A stretch of 64,000 nucleotides of DNA from an uncultured beta proteobacterium (GTDB taxonomy: Bacteria; Pseudomonadota; Gammaproteobacteria; Burkholderiales; Rhodocyclaceae), in assembly GCA_963741765.1 (NCBI GenBank), contig CAVUJN010000031.1, positions 6,606 through 70,605 on the forward strand, given 5' to 3'. Within the stretch, counting starts at the first letter, position 1. Each line of letters opens with the position of its first letter. Position numbers and translations under genes: made by a program. The notes under the pieces were generated by a model. It was not told the origin of the DNA and did not search any database. It saw nothing but the letters and a program-made list of their open reading frames with translations. Of the stretch, positions 56,131 through 64,000 are shown piece by piece.

Positions 56131-56232
56131 TCAGGATTTACCGGCCAGCCAGGCGCATGCGCCCAACCCGGCGGCGCGACCAGTAGTCATGCAGGCAGTC
56201 AGCAGATAACCGCCGGTCGGCGCTTCCCAGTC
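56131..56232 (-). pseudogene. Orphan 3' end of a HI0933/TIGR03862-family flavoprotein gene, cut by the adjacent element
   Basis: Reads DWEAPTGGYLLTACMTTGRAAGLGACAWLAGKS*, the family's C-terminal motif. Upstream of DWEAP the expected GEM(L/I) is replaced by AT-rich non-coding sequence. Confidence 0.85.
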
Positions 56233-56300
56233 GTTATAGTGGTACGCACATATCGCTTGCGCGAAAATATTTCCGTGTATAGTGTAAAGGTATATTAAGT

Positions 56301-57707
56301 ATGCATTTATACATGACTGCAAATTATGGCTATAAGTTGGTTTTTCCCGACGCCCAGCTGCTCACCGAGGCGGGCTTTGAAAAAGTCGCGCACGTCCCAA
56401 GTATTTTTGATTCTCAGCCGGGATATGCTCGATTAGCCAGTCAGTTTCTAATTGACCGAGCGTTAGGTTCTTGGGATCCTAAGAATCGAGGCGCTCGTCT
56501 CAACCCCCAGCCACCGTCCAGGGTATCTATAAGAAACATCGGCTATTGGCTTTGCAACGCGCTTGAGTGGGCAGAAGTGCGTGATGACATCAACCTGATG
56601 ACGGCGGACTACACCACGGTGCTAATTGGCCGCTACCAACATGAAATGTTGAAGGGCATCTGGTCAGCCCATCACGAGCCGCTGAGTGCCGAAACGGTCA
56701 ATGCGCGGGTGCGAACAGCGCTGGATTTCCAAATGTGGGGTGCTGACAAGGGCCACCGTGAGCCCTTCATAATTCCCACTGTGATACGTAGCTATGTGAC
56801 TGGATCCCACACCAACAGCAAAAGCCACGAAGCCAAGACCGTCGAATCGCGCAGGGGCAAGGTAAAGGTCAACAAGCGAACACTATCCTTCCCAAGAGAC
56901 GACGAGATCAAGGCATGGCGACAGCGCGTGTATGAACAACTAATTGTTGGCGCAACCGAAGGGTTGATGGTTGACCACATCCTGAATACCGCGATCCGGC
57001 GCGAGGAACTAGCCTGCTGGCGTGTTGATACCTTGCCTCTCAATCCCCAGCACTGGAAGGTCATCAACCCCAGCCAGCCCGAGGCGGTGCAGCAGGTCGT
57101 TGTCGAAATTAGGTTCGGCACGAAGGGCAGAGAGTTTTACATCGACGAATACGGCGACAAGGTAGGGCCGCAGGGCAACATTCATGTGCCCCTCTGGCAC
57201 GCAAAGCGCATTCATGAATACAGGCAAAAGGAAAGGCTGCTCTCCCTCAAACGTGCCACCAAAGGGCTCCGCGACCCAGCAAAAGCGCGGCGCATCATCG
57301 AGCAGAGTGTCCATCTTTACATCAATGCCAAGACCGGCAAGCGCTATAACGGCTCCCAAATCTATGAATTCTGGACCAACGTGGAGGGACCTAGACACTG
57401 GAGTCCACACCTGGGGCGGGATTGGTGGGCTTGCCAATATTTGTGGCAAAAAATGAAGGAACACATCGCTCTGATCAAGCAGGTACAGGGAATTGCCAAT
57501 CCCCACTCTGATCATCCTCTAGTGCGCGCATTGCGGGACATCGCCCAGACCGTGATCCAGTTCGACATCCAGCCACAACTGCGTCATGCCAGCAGTCAGA
57601 CCACCGAAATATACCTGCAGTGGCTGTTTAACCAGCTGCGCGTGCCGCTCGATCTGACGCGCAAATGGCAGGAAGAGGACGAATCAACCGAAGGTGAAAA
57701 ACCGTGA
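56301..57707 (+). CDS. Tyrosine recombinase 1 (468 aa)
   Basis: TAIRREE (catalytic R), SPHLGRDW (HxxR), QLRHASSQTTEIY (H and Y nucleophile). Confidence 0.85.
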   Translation: MHLYMTANYGYKLVFPDAQLLTEAGFEKVAHVPSIFDSQPGYARLASQFLIDRALGSWDPKNRGARLNPQPPSRVSIRNIGYWLCNALEWAEVRDDINLMTADYTTVLIGRYQHEMLKGIWSAHHEPLSAETVNARVRTALDFQMWGADKGHREPFIIPTVIRSYVTGSHTNSKSHEAKTVESRRGKVKVNKRTLSFPRDDEIKAWRQRVYEQLIVGATEGLMVDHILNTAIRREELACWRVDTLPLNPQHWKVINPSQPEAVQQVVVEIRFGTKGREFYIDEYGDKVGPQGNIHVPLWHAKRIHEYRQKERLLSLKRATKGLRDPAKARRIIEQSVHLYINAKTGKRYNGSQIYEFWTNVEGPRHWSPHLGRDWWACQYLWQKMKEHIALIKQVQGIANPHSDHPLVRALRDIAQTVIQFDIQPQLRHASSQTTEIYLQWLFNQLRVPLDLTRKWQEEDESTEGEKP

Positions 57708-59854
57708 GCATCCGCAACCCAATCAAGGATCACCTCAAGAAGCATGGCGGTGTCGAACTGGTCGAGCCGGTCCTGGCTCCAGCAACCGCCGATCCCCTCC
57801 GCTTCTGGACAAACCACCCAACGGAGCCCTATTTGGTTAACCTACATGTGTTTGCAAAAGGTGAATCGGAGAATCCCCATTCGGGCGGCGCCGGAATCTG
57901 GTCCGGCGCATTCTCCGGCCGCCCGGGGCTCATAGCCGAACTGGCCCCCGCAATCCAGGCACGCCTAACGTTGGCGGTTGCAGGTACGTGTGCAGGCTAC
58001 ACAAACGCGCTGCGCTCGTTCTGGCGCGTGTTCGATCAGTTGGAGGCTACGACCGTCCTTGACGGTCGAAAGGTGGAACGGCTGACTAGTGTGGCCCAGC
58101 TCACCCATTTACACGAAGCCGCCGCGCACCACGCCAATGTCGACTCGTCACGTTTCCAAATTTTTGTGCGCATCGTCGATGATGCGCGTCGGCTCTTGCG
58201 CCTTGCGCCCTTGTTGTGGCCCCTCCGTTCATTGGGTGAGCCGAAACGGCAATTGATTCCCGACAACCAGGCCAAGGCGATAAAGATCGCGATCAAGCAG
58301 GACTGGGAAAAGGTGCGCAAGAAATGGGCGCGGCATGACGCGATCCGTAGGGCGGAAGAACCTGACACACTCTCCAATTACGAAAGACATGATGCCTCAA
58401 TAGTTCGTCAGTACTCCGAGCACAATGAGGAGTTGCGGCACCATTGGCAGCACCTCGAGCGCATCCAGAATGCCACCAGCCGAATTCTACCGACGCCGGA
58501 GAAGTTACGAGATGGCGTATCCAACCTGAACGCGTACACCGGGCTTGAGCTGACGCTGATGCGCGCCATCGCCTTTCCGACACGCCATGAAGCCGACATT
58601 GCCTTCCATGCGGCGTTGATGGGCAGTGGCTGGAACCCGTTGACCTTAATTACCGGCATCGATGCCACCTTGCCCGAGCGCATCTTCCCGCACCCTAAGG
58701 ATGCCGGGCAGAACGTCCTGGTGGTCGATGCGCCCGCGGACGAGGTAGGCAACACAGAGGAAGTCACCATGCAGGGCAGCAAGCGCCGTGCCGGTGGGCG
58801 TACGCAGTTCTGCATGGGGCTTAAAAAGAACCCTGCCAGTCCACCCGCTATCGTTGCAGCCTGGCTAGAACGCACAGCAACACTCCGTAAGCAGTTGAAA
58901 CAGGACTGCGCGGCGGCAAGCGCCGAACTGACAAAACTCAAGGTAGGCGGGGCGCCGCAGGAAACCATCGAGCGACAGTTTATGCACGCGCAGAGCCTTC
59001 AGAGCGGCCTACGCAACGTTTGGCTATACGTCGATTTGAATGGAAAAATCAACTGGATCGACGGAAAAAGATGGGCGACTTACAGTCGCCCAGACGGGGC
59101 AAAGAAGAAACGCAGCTACCTCGACCAAGTCATCTCAGGCCTCAACGCCGAGCGGGCGGCCCGCGGCGAGCGGGAAATCGGTAACATTACCCCGAGCGAC
59201 TTCCGCGACATCTATGCCAGGTGGGTCTATAACCAGACAGGCGGCAATATCATCGCCGTTATGTTTGCATTGGGACATGCCAGCCTGAGATCCACCAACC
59301 CCTATGCCGATAACAACATCTACTCCGCCGAAGCCGACGAAACCGTGTTCCGCTTCATGACTCATTTGGCAAAGGAGCTGGAGCAAGGGCGTGTCGATCT
59401 CACCATCCTCGCGCAACTCGTGCGTCATGGACCGCTGTCTCCGGAGATGCGGGGGCGCCTGGAGGAATACCGCGGGCTGATGCTTTCGCGCATCAAGGTC
59501 GGCTGTGCCGACGTGAAGCATCCGCCACCCGACATCGAGCCAGATCACAAGGAGGGCGAGTGGTGCGGCACGCACCGCTGCCTGCGCGATTGCCGAAACG
59601 CACGGTTCCTCCCCGATTCACTGGACGGCATCTCCATGCGCGTCGAGGAACTGCTGGTCATGTCGGATTTCCTGCCGTTCGAGACTTGGATACGGGGCGA
59701 CTTTGAAAAGGAACTCGAGGCCGGCGAGTACCTACTGGCCGAGCTTTATCCTGCGGAAGCGGTGGAAAAGGCACGGACTCACTGGCGGGAAAAGATTGCT
59801 AGTGGCCATTACGTGGTACCGGGCGTGGGGCTGATTCGTAAGGAGGCGGCATGA
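57704..59854 (+). CDS. Tyrosine-recombinase-fold protein 2 (716 aa), degenerate active site
   Basis: SGWNPLTL (N where R is expected), PSDFRDIY (no H in HxxR), ALGHASLRSTNPY; Cys-rich C-terminus. Confidence 0.75.
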   Translation: MSIRNPIKDHLKKHGGVELVEPVLAPATADPLRFWTNHPTEPYLVNLHVFAKGESENPHSGGAGIWSGAFSGRPGLIAELAPAIQARLTLAVAGTCAGYTNALRSFWRVFDQLEATTVLDGRKVERLTSVAQLTHLHEAAAHHANVDSSRFQIFVRIVDDARRLLRLAPLLWPLRSLGEPKRQLIPDNQAKAIKIAIKQDWEKVRKKWARHDAIRRAEEPDTLSNYERHDASIVRQYSEHNEELRHHWQHLERIQNATSRILPTPEKLRDGVSNLNAYTGLELTLMRAIAFPTRHEADIAFHAALMGSGWNPLTLITGIDATLPERIFPHPKDAGQNVLVVDAPADEVGNTEEVTMQGSKRRAGGRTQFCMGLKKNPASPPAIVAAWLERTATLRKQLKQDCAAASAELTKLKVGGAPQETIERQFMHAQSLQSGLRNVWLYVDLNGKINWIDGKRWATYSRPDGAKKKRSYLDQVISGLNAERAARGEREIGNITPSDFRDIYARWVYNQTGGNIIAVMFALGHASLRSTNPYADNNIYSAEADETVFRFMTHLAKELEQGRVDLTILAQLVRHGPLSPEMRGRLEEYRGLMLSRIKVGCADVKHPPPDIEPDHKEGEWCGTHRCLRDCRNARFLPDSLDGISMRVEELLVMSDFLPFETWIRGDFEKELEAGEYLLAELYPAEAVEKARTHWREKIASGHYVVPGVGLIRKEAA

Positions 59855-61983
59855 ATTCACCCAACCATCTATCTGCCTCCTCCATCGACCCCGTCGATCC
59901 GGGCCGGATTGCCGCGCTGAACCGCTTCAAGCTGGAAGAGTTCCAGCACCTGTCGCAACATGACTTGCTGCTGGCGCAATCCATTGCCGGCCACGGCGAA
60001 GATTGGGGAATCTGGAAGACCCCCAAAGCCATTTACCCCGGAAAACTTCGATCCGACATTCGCTCCATCGACCTCGCCAAACGCCTGCGCGATTACCTTG
60101 CCAAGGAACCGATAGCCGAGACCTCGCTCGACGTGCTTGTGGATGAGGGGGTGCTGGTCCTAACGCGGTTGGCCTTGCTGCTGCGACTGGCACCTACCGG
60201 CGGGCAAAGCAAGTCAAAAAACCTGCGACTCAAGCCAAGTACGCTTGCACATCAGGTTTACCTAGTAGGTTCTAAAATCATCGCCCGCGCGATCCGGCGC
60301 AGGATCAAGCACCCCGACGCGACAGGACTGTTCGCCTGCCTCGACGAAGACGCCGTACGGGAACTGGGTCAGGATAAACGTACCCGAATCGAGCTTGAAC
60401 GACTCGCGACTCTGGCGGCGCGAGGCTGGTGGAGCGACCTGCCGCCGCAACCGGACGTTACCTGCACGACTAATCCACGAGGGCCAAAACAGGCCCGGCT
60501 GCTGGAGGACATTCCAGGCGAGTACCAGCCTATCCCAGACGATTGGTTGGCTGAAATTGGTCCCCGCATCCTGTGGCTGATCCGTGACCTGGGACAGAAT
60601 CTGCTTCCCTTGCTGGAGGACTTCCTCGACTATCTGGAAAGCTTGGATTGGTCGGAGATGACGAGAGACAAAATTCAAACTTGCGTCAACAAATTCATTG
60701 CGAGGCATCTGCTCGAACACCCGTGGATGGATCGCACTGGCAAACTGCTCCAACCCTGCTTCCCGCTGACGACCAGCAGAAAATCTAAGGGCAATTTCGA
60801 GTGGCCGCCTCGAAACTACAAGCAACTGAAGATCCTCAGCGGCGCCCTGCAGTCGGCGCACCTGTTTTTCACTCTACTCGCTTCTGCAGGGCGCATCGGT
60901 GAAATCGAAACGCTGCCGCGTTCGTGCGTAAGGCCCGAGCGGGACGGCAAGGACTACGTGTGCGGGTGGACTTACAAGCTCTCTGGCAGCCTGTTCGGGG
61001 ATGCCCGCCAATGGCCGGCGCCTGTGGTGCTGGTGCAGGCGCTTGGGCAACAGGCGCGCCTTGCGGCTGTCTGGAGTCGCCTGCCGCCCGGACAACTTCA
61101 AGACGGTCTCCCCACTGCTCTTCCCGCCCACCAGGCTCTGTGGCTCTCGCTCGGAGTCGGAGGCAAAGGCAGCGCGGCCAATCAGTTAGGCCACTGTGGC
61201 AACGCGCTACGGGTGCTCGCTAAACACGTGGGCATGGATCCGAAACCCGGAGGGATCAACCTGCATCCTCACCGATTTCGGAAGACCATCGGGCGGCTCG
61301 CCGGGGTTGCGCTGTTCAATTCCCCGCTGGTGCTGAAGCGACTCTTTGGCCATAAGCGTATCGAGATGACCCTGCACTACATCCTCTGCGACCCGGACAT
61401 CCGAACGGAAGCAGAGAGGGTGCTACGCGAACTGCGCATCCTGAATTGCGCCGAGGCGCTGGAGGAAGTGCGAGACGCCATCGTTGCGGGCGCCACGCTG
61501 CCCGGTCACAGCGGCGCACCGGCGGAGCGATTGGTAGAGGCGGTTCAGGCACACGAGGCCCACCTTGCCAAAGCCGGCTGCGTCTGGGTGGATGGCAGCG
61601 CCTACGAACTCGCGTACCTGATGACGGCCAACGGCCAGGGCTGGCGCTTCATCCAGAAAAATATCGTGTGCACCAAGGTGCCCGGCGAGGACGGCTTATG
61701 CCGCAAGAAGCGCAACCGGGGCGAGCCAGATACATCGAACTGCAAGCTAGAATGCAGCAACCGAATCGTGCTCGCGCTTGAACGAAGGGACGTCGGAGAG
61801 GTCGTTGAAAGCTACCTCGACGTCGCCCGTCGGGCTCGTGCCGATGAGCAATACATGGTCTTGTACGAGGCGATGCAACGGTTCGCTGAGGAACTGGACT
61901 CCTTCCCGGATATCAAGGCTCAGTACCTGGCCGACTCGGACGTGCAGTCGCTGCTCGCCACATGTCAGGAACTTCCTCAATGA
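59851..61983 (+). CDS. Tyrosine recombinase 3 (710 aa)
   Basis: SAGRIGEIETL, LHPHRFRKT, LFGHKRIEMTLHY; Cys-rich C-terminus. Confidence 0.88.
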   Translation: MNSPNHLSASSIDPVDPGRIAALNRFKLEEFQHLSQHDLLLAQSIAGHGEDWGIWKTPKAIYPGKLRSDIRSIDLAKRLRDYLAKEPIAETSLDVLVDEGVLVLTRLALLLRLAPTGGQSKSKNLRLKPSTLAHQVYLVGSKIIARAIRRRIKHPDATGLFACLDEDAVRELGQDKRTRIELERLATLAARGWWSDLPPQPDVTCTTNPRGPKQARLLEDIPGEYQPIPDDWLAEIGPRILWLIRDLGQNLLPLLEDFLDYLESLDWSEMTRDKIQTCVNKFIARHLLEHPWMDRTGKLLQPCFPLTTSRKSKGNFEWPPRNYKQLKILSGALQSAHLFFTLLASAGRIGEIETLPRSCVRPERDGKDYVCGWTYKLSGSLFGDARQWPAPVVLVQALGQQARLAAVWSRLPPGQLQDGLPTALPAHQALWLSLGVGGKGSAANQLGHCGNALRVLAKHVGMDPKPGGINLHPHRFRKTIGRLAGVALFNSPLVLKRLFGHKRIEMTLHYILCDPDIRTEAERVLRELRILNCAEALEEVRDAIVAGATLPGHSGAPAERLVEAVQAHEAHLAKAGCVWVDGSAYELAYLMTANGQGWRFIQKNIVCTKVPGEDGLCRKKRNRGEPDTSNCKLECSNRIVLALERRDVGEVVESYLDVARRARADEQYMVLYEAMQRFAEELDSFPDIKAQYLADSDVQSLLATCQELPQ

Positions 61984-62504
61984 GCGAACAGCACAAACTC
62001 GCCGCGGCCCGGCGCGGCGCCGCACGCACCGCGCAGATGGAACAGCAGGTGACCGAGGCGATGCGGGCGATCCACGCCGACCTACAGGCCAACGACGGCA
62101 TCTATCCACACAACGGCGGCGCGGTCAGCATGGCGGAACTGGCGCGGCGGGCAGGCATCAGCGAGTCGAGTTTCTACAAGAAGGAGCCAGAGAATGTCGC
62201 CCTTAAGGAACGGGCCGCGCTCTGGCTCGACACGCTCAAGAAGAAGGAAACCGTGGGGCGCATGCGCGTCAAGAAGACGCTGTCCCAACGGGCAGAGGAT
62301 TGGCATCAGAAGCACGCTGCCCTAGAGCAGCGTCACATATGCACTGAACTGGAACTGCAGGCAAGCAAGGCCGAGTGGGAAAAGGAGCACAAGGAATTGA
62401 CCGAAAAGATCGCTACCCTAGAACGTGAAAACGCCACCTTGATCGAACTACTCAAATCCGGCGGCGACCGAAAAGTGACACCGCTGCGAGTCAAGGAGAA
62501 ATAA
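61980..62504 (+). CDS. HTH plus coiled-coil accessory protein (TnpC-like)
   Basis: VSMAELARRAGISESSFY HTH-like segment; C-terminal heptad region; ATGA overlap. Confidence 0.75.
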   Translation: MSEQHKLAAARRGAARTAQMEQQVTEAMRAIHADLQANDGIYPHNGGAVSMAELARRAGISESSFYKKEPENVALKERAALWLDTLKKKETVGRMRVKKTLSQRAEDWHQKHAALEQRHICTELELQASKAEWEKEHKELTEKIATLERENATLIELLKSGGDRKVTPLRVKEK

Positions 62505-62999
62505 ATGGCCCGCCCCAGCATCATTCCATCCGTCCGGCTGCGCCTTGAGGAATACCTTGAGCAACACGAGGCCGAGTACTTGGCCCAACCCGAGGCCACC
62601 CGCAAGCCGACCCTGCCCTACACCGGTGACTTCAAGGTCAACGTCCGTGCTCTGGCCGAAGCCATTGGCCTCAAGCAGACCCAGGAGAAGTACCTGTACG
62701 AGCGTGAGGAACTGTTCAGTCTCGTAAACCTCACCGCCGAGGGCCAAGGCCTGCTGCCGATTGGCGCACGCACCCAGCCGCAGATCGACAAGTCGATCCG
62801 GGAGCGGTTGATCATGCAAGCCACGGGAGCGCGCGTAGATGCGCAGGCTGCCGTAGAGTCCAAGGCTCGGGAGGAAGCGTTGACTGAAGCCCTTGCCCTA
62901 GCTAACAGCCAGAACGCCGATTTACGAGCTGAAAACACCCGTTTGCGCGCGCGTCTGGAAATGGTTCAGAACGGAATGCTGGCGCGAGTGGACGAATGA
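62505..62999 (+). CDS. Second HTH plus coiled-coil accessory protein
   Basis: KVNVRALAEAIGL HTH-like segment; C-terminal LRAENTRLRARLE coiled coil; TAAATG junction. Confidence 0.75.
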   Translation: MARPSIIPSVRLRLEEYLEQHEAEYLAQPEATRKPTLPYTGDFKVNVRALAEAIGLKQTQEKYLYEREELFSLVNLTAEGQGLLPIGARTQPQIDKSIRERLIMQATGARVDAQAAVESKAREEALTEALALANSQNADLRAENTRLRARLEMVQNGMLARVDE

Positions 63000-64000
63000 T
63001 CAAGGCCGGCTCGACCCAAGTCACCGTTGAACGCGTGCTCTCGAAGCTGGAGAGGGGCGTGATCTTCTCCGGCCGTCAGGCGGACGGTGAGCGGATTCGG
63101 GTCAAGCTCTCAGGCATCGACCTGTCTCCTGAAATCGGCGAGACGTATCACGTTAACGGACTGATCCACACCTTCACGGATAAGTTCAAGGTCTCGGTCA
63201 AGCAGATCAATGTCAGCAAGATCACGCGGGTCAATGCCGTAGGTGCCCTGTTGATACCATTCCTTGAGCGTTTGCCGAATGTCGGGCCTGTTCGGGCAAA
63301 GCGGCTGCTTGAAGCCTTCGGTGATGATCTGACCCAAGCCCTGACCGATCCCGATCGGCTGGGCGAGGTGGCAAAGGCACTCGACCCCGCCAAGCCCGTC
63401 CTCGCCAGCAAGATTGCCGCTCAGGTGTTTTCCGCGATGACCCACAAGGCCGAGGAAGAAAACTCAGCCAGAGCAGAAGTTGAGTTCCTCTCCTTGCTTG
63501 AAAAAGCCGGAGTGACCAAGACCGGCGCGGCTCGGCAACTGTGGCGCTTGGTGGGTGGTGCGGGATCGCAGGAACGCTTGCTCAAGAACCCCTACCTCGC
63601 TGCTAGCATCCTCGATTGGAAGTCAGCCGATCACCTCGGCAAGAACCTGCTCAGGCAGGCTGACCCGAAGATCGACGTCAAGGATCACCCCCATCGCTTG
63701 CTTGGTGCGGTGGATAGCGTCTGGCGTGACCTATTGGGCGACGGGGACAGCGCCAGCGAGGAAGAACCTTTCTTAGCCCTTTTGCGTCGTCGTGGCGTCG
63801 ATCCCGATCTTGCCCTAGGCCTTGCCCGCAAGAAAGGCGCTGTGGCTGAATCTGAGGCATTGCTGCGCGCTCCTGGTGCCGCCTACATTGAGAACTCGCT
63901 GGCGAACCGGCTGCACGACATGGAGCAAGCCGTTTGCCCGGTCATTATCCCCGATGATCGACGCCTCATGGAATTAGTTAATCAAGCGGAGGCGGATACC
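62996..64000 (+). CDS. RecD2-like helicase, N-terminal part (truncated by window end)
   Basis: ATG at 62996 stays open for 335 codons to the window end (absent from the ORF track because no stop). OB-like N-terminus, HhH LPNVGPVRAKRLLEAFG, KNPY, ADHLG, GDS: the layout of RecD2 N-terminal domains. Helicase motifs would lie beyond the window. Confidence 0.78.
   Translation, partial: MIKAGSTQVTVERVLSKLERGVIFSGRQADGERIRVKLSGIDLSPEIGETYHVNGLIHTFTDKFKVSVKQINVSKITRVNAVGALLIPFLERLPNVGPVRAKRLLEAFGDDLTQALTDPDRLGEVAKALDPAKPVLASKIAAQVFSAMTHKAEEENSARAEVEFLSLLEKAGVTKTGAARQLWRLVGGAGSQERLLKNPYLAASILDWKSADHLGKNLLRQADPKIDVKDHPHRLLGAVDSVWRDLLGDGDSASEEEPFLALLRRRGVDPDLALGLARKKGAVAESEALLRAPGAAYIENSLANRLHDMEQAVCPVIIPDDRRLMELVNQAEADT

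Larger units (their letters stand above)
56233..64000 (+). mobile_element. Integrative element with three tyrosine-recombinase-fold genes (continues beyond the window)
   Basis: Sharp junction within a host gene, AT-rich end region, shift away from host codon usage, and a six-gene coupled operon of recombinases and a helicase. Confidence 0.88.

Noticed and set aside
56301-61983. Calling the element a canonical RIT
   Set aside because: Recombinases 2 and 3 are about twice the typical RitB/RitC size, extra coupled genes follow, and I found no RIT-type terminal inverted repeat at the visible end.

Overview
High-GC betaproteobacterial chromosome segment; gene content and order suggest Rhodocyclales (inference). 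Conserved backbone: an assimilatory sulfate reduction operon (TauE, cysI, DUF934, cysH, cysD, cysN); lolE/C-lolD; recJ; rlmB-rnr-tRNA-Leu(CAG); the ndk-rlmN-pilW-rodZ-ispG-hisS-yfgM-bamB-der-hfq-hflXKC-hisZ-purA cluster; TRAP dctPQM with dctSR; trxA-rho-rpmE; and orn, an M48 peptidase and rsgA. Three accessory zones interrupt it. (1) At 5.8-7.85 kb: a ClpX paralogue with rewired substrate loops, next to a decayed integron (intI remnants, a degenerate attC and a DUF302 cassette). (2) At 12.6-22.4 kb: a mosaic of small genes, including two DsrC/TusE paralogues with complementary cysteines, two cupins, an IscR-type operator and a tandem-repeat protein. (3) From about 56.23 kb to the window end: an element inserted inside a HI0933/TIGR03862 flavoprotein gene. 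It carries six translationally coupled genes: three large tyrosine-recombinase-fold proteins, two HTH/coiled-coil proteins and a RecD2-like helicase. Three single-base frameshifts (DsrE, SH3 protein, der) are probably sequence errors. All family assignments come from motif recognition by eye; no database searches were run.
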